Below are positions 13,359 to 27,146 of a stretch of DNA of 64,000 nucleotides, one piece after another. How positions within the stretch are numbered: position 1 is the stretch's first letter; every line of letters starts with the position of its first letter. This DNA is from Sphaerodactylus townsendi (Eukaryota), in contig NC_059426.1 of the NCBI RefSeq assembly GCF_021028975.2, positions 88,598,001-88,662,000 of the forward strand. Direction: 5' to 3'. A model generated the notes under the pieces. That model searched no databases. It was not told the DNA's origin and was given only the letters and a program-made list of their open reading frames with translations. The translations under genes and the position numbers were made by a program.

Positions 13359-13569
13359 CGGACTATAATTAGAAATTAGTAGGATTTGGAAAGGGTCATC
13401 TACCCAAATGTCACTGAGCCAAAGCTTAACATCTTTATCCACTTTAGTCTCAAAAAAAGCTCTTGTTCTTAAGAATAGATGTTTGGCTGAAGTGGAACAG
13501 AAGTCCTGTAGCAGACTGTGGGAAAGATCCACAGCTGCATTTGTCTGTATTTCTGTTTCTTCTTTCAGT
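13359..13569 (-). CDS. Candidate 211-bp coding exon of an unidentified host gene
   Basis: Acceptor ctctctttctatcag|, donor |gtatat (alternative |gtaagt 18 nt further on). Open frame (R)LKEETEIQTNAAVDLSHSLLQDFCSTSAKHLFLRTRAFFETKVDKDVKLWLSDIWVDDPFQILLISNYSP in non-repetitive sequence. Confidence 0.45.
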
Positions 13570-13954
13570 CTGATAGAAAGAGAGCATGGGGTAAAGTCAG
13601 CAGTTAGATAAACAGTGCTTGCCAAGCGCAAACTGACAGTTTGGTTCAGTATTAGCGACATGCTGATTTATAACAGTCCTGCACAATCTACACCATATCA
13701 TAGTTTGGATGTACACTGAAGCACAAAGGAGTACAGACTTCAAACTCAGAATGCAGATTTCAAACTGGCACATTTGCTACCATAATCATAGTGCAGGCCA
13801 TGGAAATGTTGTTAGCATCTTGGCATCCTACTGAAGATATGCTTTCGGACAGTTCAAGGGTAATAAACTCATAAGATCTAAAATGGAAAAGCATTTTCAT
13901 GAACTCCAAAGCTTGCATCAAAAGTTGTGTGAGACATTCATATTCTGCCCATGA

Positions 13955-14225
13955 GATGTGTCCAGAAAGTTCAAATGGTGCAGAATGCTGCAGCCAGGAT
14001 GCTGATCGGAAGAGACCGTATTACTCCAGGCTTGACTGATCTACTCTGGCTCCCCATTTGTTTCTAGGTACAATTCAAGGTGCCACTTTCAACTTTCGAA
14101 AGCCTCTACAGTTTGAGACCAAAATTGAGACCTACTCCTTTATGGACCTGCCTGAACACTGCCGTCATCTTCAGAGGCCCTGCTTCAGGTGCCCCCATCT
14201 TCTAAATATTAAGTGGGTGGCAGCT
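13955..14225 (+). mobile_element. L2 LINE fragment
   Basis: cagaaagttcaaatggtgcagaatgctgcagccaggatg (QKVQMVQNAAARM), followed by an L..L.WLPI..R.QFK-like segment. Confidence 0.7.
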
Positions 14226-15728
14226 ATTTCCCCCCACCCCATGCCAGAGGCACCTTTGTAATCTTTGGATGAGATTCTGTAGCCAAGGCAAGAGATTTTC
14301 CCAGTTTGTGTTGAGCAAGCTTCTGTTCTGTCTCTTTTCTCTGCTGCCATGAAACCAGCTAATATGGGAACTAGCAGGCACATTAAAAAATTATGGGGGT
14401 TAGAAAATAGAGAACACTATTTCCATAGTTTATTCTAATACACAAAGACAGAGGAAAATCATTCAAACACAGACACTTTAAAAGCGAAAGACTATCTCAT
14501 ACATTTGAAAACGTAGGTGAATTCTTAGTTTATATCTATGGGTTAAAACATCTGACAGCTATATGAGGGACAACAGACATTTTTTTAAAAACTCTGCTAG
14601 TTTAAACAAAGAAGGTTTATAGAGGACAAGCTTGTCCAATCACATCATACTATTCTTCTGCTCCAACAGAAAATGATGCAGTGGATAAAGGTTTTCCTCA
14701 GTCATGCAATAGTACCAGTGGCAGCCTTCAGACTGCCGCGATGCAATCGGGAGTTTTGCACAGTCCCCAGTGCTGCAGCGTGGCTGCCATGTTTCCACCC
14801 CGGAGCCGCTCCTCAGCAATGGCTTTGCTCTGAGAATTTCCTGAACCACAAAGGTTGAGGTCCTTTTGAAATGCCCCTTTGTTGCTCCGGAGGCTTCCGC
14901 CACCATGCAAAACTCTTCTGTAGCAGAAACAGGGCCAGTTTTCTCACCTTGCTGCTCTGGCCCACCCCACCAATGGTCAGGCACTGAGAAGGGGTGCCTT
15001 CCACCCCCTCCAGTGGAAAAAAAAACAGAGGGAGAAACCTTCGTTTTTATAAAGGAGGGAGAAAGCTTGGCAGAAAAGTGGCATGTGTGGGCGCCACGAA
15101 CGGGAGGGCGAAGATTCTCATACACGCAAGGATCTTAGATTTACATTTTAGACAGAGCGGGGTGGAGGACAGTGATCCTGTCGCACATGCAAGGATTTTA
15201 GAGTGGGGGCAAGGACGCTGATTCTTAGTGCCTGATTTGTGTTCGAGTCATGTAAAACTAAAATAGTAAAAGTGAGTGGGGGGGATGGGGCAAGAATCAG
15301 CCAATCCGAATGGAGGAAACATAGGCTGCCTGCACATGTGTGAAAGAGACTACGGAAGAGCTCACAGTGCTTAAGCAGTGCTTATGGGAAAGCCCCAGGC
15401 TTGTGGGGAACCATTCAGGGCTTCCCTCACTGGCCCTGACTTGAGCAAAGGAAAGAGCCAGGCAGCAGTGGGGAATTACAAGCAGGGTGAGAAGCCCTGC
15501 AGCAGGTATGCTCCCTGGCTAAGCCACGGACCATTTATAAAGTGCAAAATCAGCCTTAGTCACACTGGTAGCCATGTACGTTAAATCAGAGTTGTTCCAA
15601 GAAGTTATCAGAACAAAAGGTGACCAAAGATGTAAGACTTTCCTTCTGAGAACCACAGTGGTAGTAAAGTGTTGGGCAATGGCTGGTGAGAATGAGGTTT
15701 TGATAAAGTCAGCTTCAGATACCTGGGC

Positions 15729-16122
15729 CAGTGGTGGAGGGCCAAGGGGACAGGGGGGTGCGTTGCGCACCAGGCGCACGCCTGGGGGGCGCAAAATCAC
15801 CCCCTGGTCCCTCCCCCTTTTCCCCGCGACTCCCACAGCCCCCTGCGGCACCCCTCCCGCGGCACCCCCACCCCCCTTCCCACACTTACCTACGTTCCTT
15901 TTCTTTTTTTTGTACTTTTTGAGGCTGAAAAAATCGGCCTAGTTACAGTTCAGGGAAAAGACTGCCTGAGGAACTACAGTTCCCAGGAGACCTTGGGGCT
16001 CACAAGGTCTCCTGGGAAGTATAGTTTGTCAGGCAGTTTTTTCCCTGAACTGTAACTAGGCCGATTTTTTCATTCTCAAAAAGTACTAGAAATAGAAAAG
16101 GAACGTAGGTAACTTTGGGAAG

Positions 16123-16157
<35 letters not shown>

Positions 16158-16270
16158 CCTGCCTGCCTGCCTGCCTGCCTGCCTGCCACGGGGGGGCACC
16201 GCGGAGGGGGGGGCGGGGGCGGAAAAAACGCACTGCGCACCGGGCGCAGTTTGGCCCAGCTACGCCTCTG
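15729..16270. mobile_element. Non-autonomous hAT-type element with a long internal palindrome
   Basis: Perfect 8-bp TSD acctgggc on both sides; ends cagtggtgga... / ...ctacgcctctg; internal inverted repeat ~15885-16115; (GT)n and (GCCT)n tracts. Confidence 0.85.
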
Positions 16271-17731
16271 ACCTGGGCCTGAGGGACATCTTCTATTGTA
16301 GCTTATGCAAGATTACATGTCGACTCAGCAGATGTGTAAAGAAAAGTAGGCCATATGGAATCAGAGAAATACAAGACTTCTCCAACAGTATCTGTACAAG
16401 GAGTTAATATGACTTACCATCTAACTTAAACAACAAAGAACACTGGATATAACTTTTGGAACATATCTACCATGAAATGCTTACATTTTGTGGTGGCTTG
16501 CAGTTGTGTTAGTAAGAGTTAAGAAAGTCTCTTAAAATAAGAAGGCTATTGGGCTGTTTTGGTATACTAACTGCCTCATTTCTGATATATACTTCTCCAG
16601 ATATGGCCTATTTGTCTACCTAGAAAAAATTCAAACAGCAGTGCCACAAAAATTGCTATCCCTTAAACATTAAATGAATGGTATGCTTGGGAAAATATAG
16701 CACGGTGCCAGGGTTCTATCAACAAACCAAAATTTGTCGTCATATCTGATTCAGAAATTACAAATAAACTATGGTTTTTCAGGAAGCCACAAATCTTTAA
16801 AATCTGAGCTCCCCATAAGTGGAAGGTAGAGAGGATAGAGGGAGCATAAGAGTTTAAGGAGTTTAGAGATTTATTCTCATAATGAACCAACTTTTCTCAT
16901 GCCTGAAACCCATCATGCCTGAAACTGCAAACTGATTTAAATTGGACACTAGTAAACGGTAGCTATAAGGAAGGCCATACTCTCTACCATTACCTCCTAG
17001 GTTCTGCTAGAACTATCTGGGTGGTAGCCCAAGTCACAAGGGACACTCATTCACAACACTTTTTACGGAATAATTTTTACAAGCAATCTGCTTACCAGCA
17101 TGCTGCCTGTCTAGTGACTGCTAAACTTACAACTTCTTCCATGTCCAAAGCACTAAATTTAATTTCAATCTGCATCTTTTTTGAAAAGAAAATCTGAAAT
17201 TGTTTAAGATCTGTACAGGAAACCTAAATTGTAACAAATGTGTGTGAAAAATGCCAGATCTTTGTCTACTCAGAGCCTGTGCCAAGAGGCTGCTTTCTAT
17301 CACAACAGCAACTCTTGGAGAATAAAAAAAAAACCCTCCCTGCCGTCCAGAAGCCCCCATTGGGCTGAATGGACTTATGCTGTCTTCCATGAGCAGATTT
17401 GTGCTCCCCCCCTTTGGATGGGGCCGCCAGTCAAGGAAACCACAAACCTCACTTTGCAAGAACTAAGCAAGGCTGTTACGATAGGATGTTTGGGAGGTCA
17501 TTAATTCATAAGGTTGCCATAAACTGGAAGAGACTTGACAGCACTTAAAACACCCATGTCATTAAAAAGCCAGCAGTGCAAGTGCCTGCAGTAAGGAGGG
17601 TATTTCAACATGCTTGAACACAGGGAAGGTTAATACAGGCTTCACATATACATTGGTGAGGTATGTTGAAAGAACCATACCTCACCAACACAAAGAAGTC
17701 GAAGGATCAGGTGAATATGCTGGGCAAGAAC

Positions 17732-17910
17732 CAGAGATGTAGCAAGGGGGGAAAGCGCCTGGTGCATTGGTGCATCCTCCGCCCCTGCCCCAGAACGCCT
17801 CCGTCCTGGAATGCCCCCGGAACACCCCCGCCACACTTTCACCACACCCCCACAGGGGTGCGTGCCTGGTGGGTCACGCAACCCCCGGCCCCCTTGGAGT
17901 TACGCCTCTG
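17732..17910. mobile_element. Short hAT-type MITE
   Basis: Ends cagagatgtagc / gttacgcctctg; imperfect TSD gcaagaac / gcagaaac. Confidence 0.7.
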
Positions 17911-18834
17911 GCAGAAACAGAACCTTAGAGTAATTGGACTTCACTGTGGACCGCAAAATCCTTAAGGTAAGCTCTGAACTGGGACCAGCCTTTCCTAATG
18001 CATCTTCATAGGAATGTTTTCTGGGAGAAATCCAGCTTTGGTCTTAACGACATTATGGCAGAAATATTTACATTTTTTTGATGAAGTGCTAGATCTGTAC
18101 CATACTTGGTAGGTTACATTAGAACACAGTCTAAGGCTTGGCTCCACCTGAAACTTTTTAAGTAGCACAGGGAAATTAACCTTATATAAAGTGCAATGGG
18201 TATTTGCTACATATATCCCCACACATTTTATTTTTTACTAACTCTGGGAAAACCCATTGTGCTAAAGTGTTCAGAAGTTTTGGGTTTCATGAATACTGCT
18301 AAGATCATTGCCTTGTGAATATTAATGGTATATCCAGACATGTGAGTTAAATTTCTTGAACTTTAGTAAGACTTCTGTTGTTTAGTATGCTGGCTGAGCA
18401 ATAGATGAGTACATTTTTACCTAAATAAAATACTGTGTTTCTGTTTGGTTGAATTTCATTCTTATATACTGAACTTGAGGGTTAGCTTTAATTTTCTGGT
18501 CAAGGGATTCAATAGTCCATATAAAACAATTAGAAATGTGTTTGCCTCTATGTTTCAATATGCTACCTTTCCATACAATCAGGGTTCCCAACACAGAGAA
18601 CATTGGGCTTCTGGTACTTATAAAGACAAAACAAGAATATTTCTAGACTAGAATATTTCAAGGACTGTAATCTGATAAAAAATATTAATTGCTTTTTATG
18701 AAAGGAGTTTCAAAACTTTTGTCAAACCATTTTTTTTAAAAAAATCTAACAATTATATAAGGTTGGCAACAGTATATTTCCTCCTTTTTGGCAAATTATA
18801 TACAAACTAGTAATTATATACAAACTAGTAACTA

Positions 18835-19480
18835 GTAACAACAACAACAAAACCTTTGTTTGCATAATAAAATAGATAAATTTAAAAAAGAGTACAATTA
18901 AATGGTGGATGAAAAAATAATGTGTTAGTAATTTTAAAGAATGAGTAGACAGGTCAAGGAGCTATATCTACAACAACTGATTATCAAGTTGTTAATAAAA
19001 TGTTAATATGCTCTAAGCTTTGAACAGAGTTTACAAATTTGCCAACTTTCTTTGTAACTTCCCCAGTGTCAACCAATCTTTTGATGTTCAGATAAGCCCT
19101 CTTTATTAGCGAGTAAAGGAGAAAGCAGGTTATGTCTAAGAGTTGAATAGAAAGGGCAGTTCAGAAGGACATGAGGGACAGAGTCAGTTTGATGCAACTC
19201 ACATGCACAAAGCCTGTGGTGATATGGAGTTTTTAATTGTCTCCCCTTGGTCACAGCTGAGGGGAAAACATTACACCTTGCCAAAGTGAGAGCTCTGTGG
19301 TGTTGGGCTGTTTTAACTGCCAGAAGTAATTGAATGTTTTTGATAAACTAAGGGGTAACCCCAGAAATAAGGAAGAGCAAGATTTGGTCACAGTGCTAAT
19401 CGGGTATTGATGTCCTTGGTCAATTAGCCTTTGCTTCAGGGCACGACAGATTTCATTAACAGTAAACATGTTAAGTGTGT
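18835..19480 (-). mobile_element. Non-LTR retrotransposon 3' fragment with C-terminal CCHC knuckle (clade uncertain, RTEX/Crack-like)
   Basis: ARCNVFPSAVTKGR..TPYHHRLCAC...DSVPHVLLNCPFY..LR; (GTT)n tail at 18835-18850. Confidence 0.7.
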
Positions 19481-19495
19481 TGATGGACTATCCTA

Positions 19496-21560
19496 GGCCT
19501 ATTCCACATGAACCAATAAACATGGGTTAAGGATGGTAAAAAAACTCGTTGTGGGTGGGAAGTTTGCATGGTTCCCGTCCCTAAAGCAAGTCAGAGCCAC
19601 GTTTTAGCGGCCAAGCCAGATTTTTCAAGAATTGCTGAAAACGCAGTTCTTTTTTTAAAAAAATCATAGCAAGCTGGCATTATGCGAAAGGTCTGGCAGG
19701 AGGCGGGTTTGTTAAGCCCGCCTCCAGCAACGACACCACCACCGGCAGTGGCCATGCTGGGGAGGGAGAACCGTCCCGGCAGCCATGCTGATTGGGTCAG
19801 CCACCCCATGGGCTGCTTCCTGCTGGATAAGCTGCAGGGCTAAATAGGCAGCCCAAAGCATGACCCCAGGGCCACCTTTCTTTATTTTTTTGGCAGGTTG
19901 TCCCTGTGTTGCTATGCAGGGGCACACCTGTGCGTGACTGGCAGAGCGCGACTTTGTTGGCAGTATGGATCGAGGGCCCCTGGAGAGGAGGATTCTTGGC
20001 TCCAAATGTCCAGGCTGGACATGGGCTCTGGGTCCTGGAGATGGTATCTGAGCTGGACCTGGCAGCGTCCACCTGCCAATCCCTCTCCCCCGCCACAAGG
20101 GAGGTCTCCTGGTCTGAGAGGAGTGTCTTGCAGGGAGTAACCAGGAAGTTTGGGAGACCTTGGAGGGTGCATTGGACTTGAGAGGCATTTTCAGGGAGAG
20201 CTGCCCATCGGGGAAGGAGACTGGTCAATGCGGTAAGACTGTGGTGGGGCTCGAGGGGGTCCCTGTCCTACACATGATCTCCACCAGGGAAGGTGATGGA
20301 AGAGCACTAGGGCATGGGGTCACCGGGAGGGATATGGAGACACGAGACCTGCTAGCAATCTGTGGGGAGCCAGCCATCCAACAGGCCTTAGACAGGAGCC
20401 ACTGCAACCTGGATGTCTCTGAGAGGGTGGCTTGAGAGATGAGGCACCTGGACCACCAGCGCACAGCCACAGAATGCCGCACAAAAACCAAAAACATGAG
20501 GCAAGAGTACAAGCGTGTGGTCCAGCACAATAGAGGAACAGGCAACTTGCCCCTTCTACAAGGAGCTGGACCATATACTCAGGTGAGACCAGAGCATCCG
20601 ACCCTTGTGTACTGCCAGAAGCTTCCACCTGAGGGTCAAGGCTGAGCTCAAGTAAGGTCCGTCCAACCAAGCACCAGCCCCATCAGAGCAGGAACCCATC
20701 CCCCAGCCTGGACACATTGTCTACCAGGCCACTACAGGTCCCTCACAGCCTCCCGGATTCAAGTAAGGGGGGAGAGCCCCCCTATCACCTTTTGCCCCCC
20801 CCCCCAGCCTGGGGCAGAGCAACATTCCCAGGAGATCCCAGCCTCATGCAGTCCTCAGACCATGGGAGCCTTGAATGCTTACAGTTCCAGTGGCAGCCTC
20901 TCCCCTGCACTGCAGCTGCAGATAAGGGTAGAGAGCCTCAAGGGGATGGGGATGGGGCTGGCCAGGGCCCATGCAGGCAACTGCTGGCAGAGACTGGAAA
21001 CATGGCTAGGCCCTGACAGCTGCCTGCCCCTGCCCAATGCCAACCACTCCAAAGGGCTCCTATCTCACTGCCGGCATTCTCTGCAGCAGAAGTGACAGCA
21101 ACACAGAACACGGACCCGGATGCCACCCAGATCTGGATATGCCACTAGGGACACAATAGGAAGGACAAGACAAGCACGAGGGGCCACCCCTAGGCAAGGA
21201 CATCTCTCCCTCAGAAACACGGCCTCCCTCACCTCATCAGGGGTGCCATTTTGCAGGCCAGGCCCTTCAAAGCAGAGGAAGGCAGCATTACCCATACTGG
21301 GCACCCGGCCTCCAAGATCATAGAAAAGGCAAGCAGGCTGGTAGAAGCAAGAGCAATGGGAGGCAGATGGGAGGCGGGCTCCTTAGGCTGGAATTAGGGG
21401 TGCTGTTTTTCAGCACTTGCCCATGGCACCAATTTTTGTGGACATGATGACCCTGAGGCACAGTGGTTCCATGCCACTAGCAGAGTCATCACCCCAAGAA
21501 ACCTGTGTTTTTTCTCTTCTGTAGGCTGTTACTGGGAACAAGGAGCCGCAGTAGAGAAAT
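19496..21560 (+). mobile_element. Harbinger-derived element carrying a decayed Myb/SANT (trihelix) gene, no transposase seen
   Basis: Begins with the Harbinger-like end ggcctattccacatg. 20300-20590 encodes RDLLAICGEPAIQQALDRSHCNLDVSERVA*EMRHLDHQRTATECRTKTKNMRQEYKRVVQHN..CPFYKELDHIL. GC-rich block in AT-rich surroundings; right end not resolved. Confidence 0.75.
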
Positions 21561-22358
21561 AGGTCCCCCAGTAGAAACCTTTCTCCTCAGCTAACTATAC
21601 CCCATTACAAAAAAAGTTTGGCTGATTATTAATGATGCTAGTTAAGACAAAATGCTAGAACAGAATCAACAACGTATCAACTATATTTCCCTTAAAGCAG
21701 ATTAGATCTACAGATTACGTTTAGTCATCACTTTGTTTAGGGGTAGCAGCCCTACCCTCAAACTCATCTGGGTTCTGGGGAGTCCAACCCCCAGGCAAGG
21801 AAGGTGGGTCGGCACAGCCACCTGCGGGGCCGGGGCAACTAGGGGAAACGCCACATTAGGCAAGCCAAAAAAGCATCAAGGAGGAAGCACCAAGTCTCTC
21901 CCATGCTCTCAGGGGTTAGAAGAGTGGCTGGAGAGAGAGGGCCTAGGGATGCATTTAGCTCCCGCTTTCTCTTCACATACCAAGATGTGCTCATTGAAGG
22001 AAGGGGTCCTGCAGGGCACAACAGCCCCAGACTCCAGTCCAGAGAGGAAGGACAAGACACACTTTATGTAGGTCTGGTAATTCGCAGATTATGGCCTTTC
22101 CTGCATGCATATTTTACCACTGATTTTCCAAGTGGTCATACCTTATGTTTGGGAAATGTTTTTTGTGAATCATTCCACATATTTCCAACCCCCCCCCCCC
22201 CCCGTCTCTTTTGCTCTTGTCTCTTCAGTTGCATTTGTTCCACACACTACTGCTGAAAATATATTATTCCTAATGGTGGTGGGATGTCACCCCTAATACA
22301 AACAAACAACCCTCCCCGTTTTCTTTTCCACAAGCACTCTAGGATTACTGCATAGTTA

Positions 22359-23272
22359 CCGTATATACTCGCGTATAAGTCAACCCGCATATAAGTCGAG
22401 GCACCTAATTTTACCACAAAAAACTGGGAAAACTTATTGACTCTCGTATAAGTCGAGGGTGGGAAATGCAGCAGCTGCTGGTAAATTTCAAAAATAAAAA
22501 TAGATGCCAATAAAATTACATCAATTGAGGCATCAGTAGGTTACATGTTTTTGAATATTTATTTCAAAGAAAAACAGTAAACTGGCTCTGTAAGTGGAAA
22601 AGAGGGTCAACAAGAACAATATGATATCAACAATAACTTTAAAAGTACAAAAACCTTAGCTCAACCAGCAACCAAGCTAAAACAAAAGAGTTAAAATCCT
22701 CCAAAACTGGATTCCTCATCATCATCTGTATGCCCAAATGTAACCCAACTTAGATTTTAAGAGGGATATTATCAGAAATGGAAAATCTACTATTAGCTTC
22801 CATTGTAAACAATGGGGGATGGGGCATCCCCTTTGGGGGTCAATAACTTTGGATCTCCTAACCCAAACTTCACCAAACCTTGCTGGTATCATGAAGAGAC
22901 TCTCCTGATGAGACCAGCCAGGTTTGGTGAAGTTTGGTTCAGAGGGTCCAAAGTTATGGACCCTCAAAAGGGTAGCCCCATCTACTAATAGCTCCCATTG
23001 AAAACAATGGGGAATGGGGGCACCTCCTTTGGGGATTATAACTTTACTGGACCCCTAGAACCAGCACATTACCAAACTTGGCTGGTACCATCAGGAGTGT
23101 CTTCTGAGGGTACCCTGAAATATTGGTGCCGCTAGCATAAAAACTGCGCCCCCTGCTGGCCGGCAAAGTAAAAACACAAAAAAAATTTTAATGACCCGTG
23201 TATAAGTCGAGGGGAGCTTTTTCAGCATTAAAAATGTGCTGAAAAATTCAACTTATACATGAGTATATACGG
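22359..23272. mobile_element. Non-autonomous Tc1/mariner (Tc2-like) element
   Basis: TIR CCGTATATACTCGCGTATAAG / CTTATACATGAGTATATACGG; TA target duplication on both sides. Confidence 0.88.
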
Positions 23273-23364
23273 TACATTGAAGCAGCAATTCAAAAAATGT
23301 CTCCACCTCCATTTCTGCCATTTAGAACTACCCACACAAAGCAGAAACAACAACAAAACCCCCT

Positions 23365-23524
23365 NNNNNNNNNNNNNNNNNNNNNNNNNNNNNNNNNNNN
23401 NNNNNNNNNNNNNNNNNNNNNNNNNNNNNNNNNNNNNNNNNNNNNNNNNNNNNNNNNNNNNNNNNNNNNNNNNNNNNNNNNNNNNNNNNNNNNNNNNNNN
23501 NNNNNNNNNNNNNNNNNNNNNNNN
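23365..23524. other. Assembly gap (160 N)
   Basis: Run of N. Confidence 1.
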
Positions 23525-25145
23525 TAGCGATAATAAAAAATAAAATTAACAATTTAAAATAATCATCAGAAAGAGAGCTACTGTATATGTTACATCAGCA
23601 TTATAGTCTCCTAGAAGAAAACGCACAGCAATAATGGGTTTTTGCATTTTTCTTGCCGCTAGCAAAGGATGGATTAACCAAATGCACAATCATTACTGCA
23701 GCAGTCTCTTCATAATTTCCTCCTGCAAAGGCAACTTGCCTTGTCAGTTTCACTTGTTAACTGCAGACACAGTGTATCTTCACCTTAACATCACATCACT
23801 AGTATGTGATGTATGTAACATGACATCACTACATCATTTTTTAGCCGACTTGCATATATGACAGGGTAATTAAAGGAAGTTACAAAAGTAACCAACATGT
23901 CATAAAGTTAGTCTTCTGTTTCTTTATGTAAAAACATAGAATCAACTACAGTCAGTCAGAGCCAGGCATGGCCTCAGTACAATTTAGATCCTCTGTCTCA
24001 GAGAATGGAAGAAAACAGAAAGAGGGGAAAATTCACCTTGTAATTTGCACTACTATCCAACATGGCCTATATTTTTATTGTTGCCTAATTTTACAGCTCT
24101 ACAACAAGAAGTTACCTTTTATATAATTATTTATTCAAATAGGCCTCTCTTCCCAGACAAGTTGAGCTCAGAGTGGCTGACATCATACAATACAGCGCTT
24201 TCCCCCAAGTTAGAAAACAACTGACAAATACTAACTCAGTTATCTTTGCAACAGTGTATGTTACAACACAATTACCATCATCATATTTCAAATAGGAAGA
24301 TGATCTTGAGGGAAAATTACTTCCCTTGGGTCACCCAGCTAAGATTTATTACTTTAGATATTTATACCCCATCTTTCTCCCCTACAGGTTCCAAAGAATG
24401 TTATAACATCATATAACATTATTCTTCCATCTTCCACTTTATGGTCACTATAACAGGTTAAGGTGAAAGAGAGTGACTGGCCCAATGTCACTCAGGCAGA
24501 CAGGAAATTCAAACTGAGGTCTCCCAGATCCTACCCTGAGATTTAACCACTACACCATTGCCCTGCTGAATCAGAACATCTATTCCAGCTCTTTATTTCT
24601 AACAGCAGCGACTAGGAAGTTCTTGTGAATGCATGAAGACAACAGCCTTGTCCTGTTCTTTGTTGCGAGCACCTATTTGTCAGGGCTGGCAGCCAAACAG
24701 GAAGCCAGGAAGCAGTTTGGCAAGTCTTTGAGGCAGCCTGTAACAACTCAACCTGCACTGAAGTTTCTCAGACAAAGGAATCAGACCACCAGAGACAATA
24801 TAATGCCCTTATTATCTTCTCAGATCACCTGAACCCACTGCAGTTGCTGCAGTAATGTGGTGCAGTCTCTGACCACCTACAATAGTGCTGTTAAACCTGT
24901 ATTTCCTTCTGACTAGAAGTTGCCTGAGTCAAGGTAGTGAATAAGGTTTCAGGTTCATGGAGACTTACTCCTGTTGTTCAAATGCATACTGCCTCTGTTC
25001 AGATGTAGGGACAAGTAGAACAGATATATCTATCATCCTACTCTGTCACTGATACTAATGATCATTACTTCATCTTGTGGCAGTGTATTCCATAAAATCA
25101 AATTATGGATCTTTTTTATCTGTCCTAAACCTACTGCCAATCTAA

Positions 25146-25614
25146 GGCCCCTTCGGCACAGAGGCGGAAGGGGTTGAGTCAGCGTAAACCACGCCGACCC
25201 TACGACGCTGGGACTGTCCGCATGGACGGTCCCAGAACCGGCTAGGACAACGGCGCCACGGAGCGCCGTCACCCAGCCGACCCGGCTTGTCCCTGGCCCT
25301 CTGGCACATCGCCGAGGCCTGGAGACACGCCCCCCGGCCCTGCGCACCTGCTTGAGCGTTGCAGGGCAGGGAGGCGTGTCCCCAGGCCTCGGCAACGCGC
25401 CGGAGGGCCGGGGACCAGGTAAGTGCAGGTTGGGAGGGGGAGGGGGAGGGCGCCTTGGAGCCGCTGCCGTTTGGGAAATGCCGGCTTCGCGCTGGTCGGG
25501 CGACGCGAGTGTGGCGCGGCTGCACAGCAGCTGCGCCCCCTGTGCGAATGGCTCCCTGGGGACGCCGTTTTTGCCGTCCCCAGGGCGCCATAAAACGCCC
25601 GTGCGGAAAGGGCC
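25146..25614. mobile_element. GC/CpG-rich Harbinger-type MITE
   Basis: TIR GGCCCCTTCGGCAC / GTGCGGAAAGGGCC; 3-bp TSD TAA/TAA. Confidence 0.9.
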
Positions 25615-27146
25615 TAAGTTGCATTTGTGGAACCAAGTGCTAGTATTGTGACAGAGACAGAAAGGTGTTGGTCCTCTTGTTTGTAATACTTCTAATACTC
25701 CTCCTTGGTCACTGATTTCCTTTCTTTATCAAAAAGACCAAATGCTTCAGCCATTCCTGATTAGGAAGGTTTTCCAATTCGCACATTACTTTGGTCATCA
25801 TTTTCTGAAGCATTTTGCTCTGGAAAATCCTTTTCTGGAGATGATACAGCTAAAATGATACGTCAGTATTTTAGAACTAAGATTTTCAATAGACATTCTT
25901 GATATATCCTTATAAATCCCTGTGTCCCCTAATAAAGCTGCCAACCAGTTCTATAGTCCAATTTATTTAAGTATCTTTGTTTAAAAAGCTTTGGTCCCAG
26001 TGACATTCTAGGGTATTCCTAGAATCTTAAATCAAGTTCTAAATGTGATCCTAAATAGAGTTCTAAACTCATTGCCCTCAAAAGGCATAACTCTACTTAG
26101 GATTGCACTATAAATTAGCTTAAAATAATTGTATCTCTTCCTACTAGTTACTTCATAAAATAACAATATAAAATTCTAAATATAATTTGACACCAACAAC
26201 TTGATACCAGATAATTGACCTTTTTAGAAAAGAAAAAAGAGATTATTAATGTTTGAGGAGAAAGACTCTAAACAACATATAAAGAAGCAGATCACTGCCT
26301 TACTATAGGCAATTATAAACCACTGTGTACATAGTATGACACAACTGCATCATTTAACATTCCATTCCTGTCTCCTGAAATTTACCCTTAGTGGTTCAGA
26401 TAACAATACCTGAGTTTTTGTGCTCAACTTTTTTAAGAGAGGAGAAGGTATCATAAATACATGGACTGAAAATAAATTCTGTCTTATCTAGTCTGTTCTT
26501 TGGGCTACCCTTAGTGGTTTATCCAGTCCATGTTTTCTTTCTCACAGTCATACTAGCAGAAAGCGGAAATAGGCCACCATCAGCATGCCTGAACTATGCT
26601 AGCCAGCACACTGAAGCCAATCTGAAGTGTCCTTCATTGTATAATGAAATACAAAAGAGACTCTGTTTGAGATACCCAAGAAGAAAGCTTGTGGTCTGGT
26701 CCATCTGTCAAAAACGTAAACCATGTTAAACAAAGGCCTGATCTGAATCCATTGGAAGATTCTGAGTTACGTCAGAAACTCCAGAAGATAAGAAGGAGCA
26801 GTTATTCTTTAAATTCCAGTAAGACTGCCTATACCCCCTTTCCTCCTGTCTTCTTTCTCCCATCTATACCCCCTTCTCTCCCATCTTCCCTCTCATCTGA
26901 ACTGCAGCTATCCAAAATTCTGATTCCCACATGGAAGGACCCTGAATATCATAACTGTATATATTCTGCTAAATGGTGACTCTGCTGAGTATATTAATTG
27001 CCTGACTATATGTATTATCAGACTATTTTCCATATTCCACCATAGGCTATTAGGGATAAATAAGGGGAGAAGTCCTGGGCAGTTTGGGTTTCAGCCCTTC
27101 AAGTGTTTCACTGATCCAAATTCATACATTTTAACAGAAGTTCCAG

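Noticed and set aside
23259-23552. ORFs spanning X runs
   Set aside because: Artefacts of the N gap.
25033-25651. Several overlapping 90-160 aa GC-rich ORFs (likewise 35558-36217 and 51400-52191)
   Set aside because: They lie within TIR/TSD-bounded MITEs; stop-poor because of GC content, with no domain motifs.
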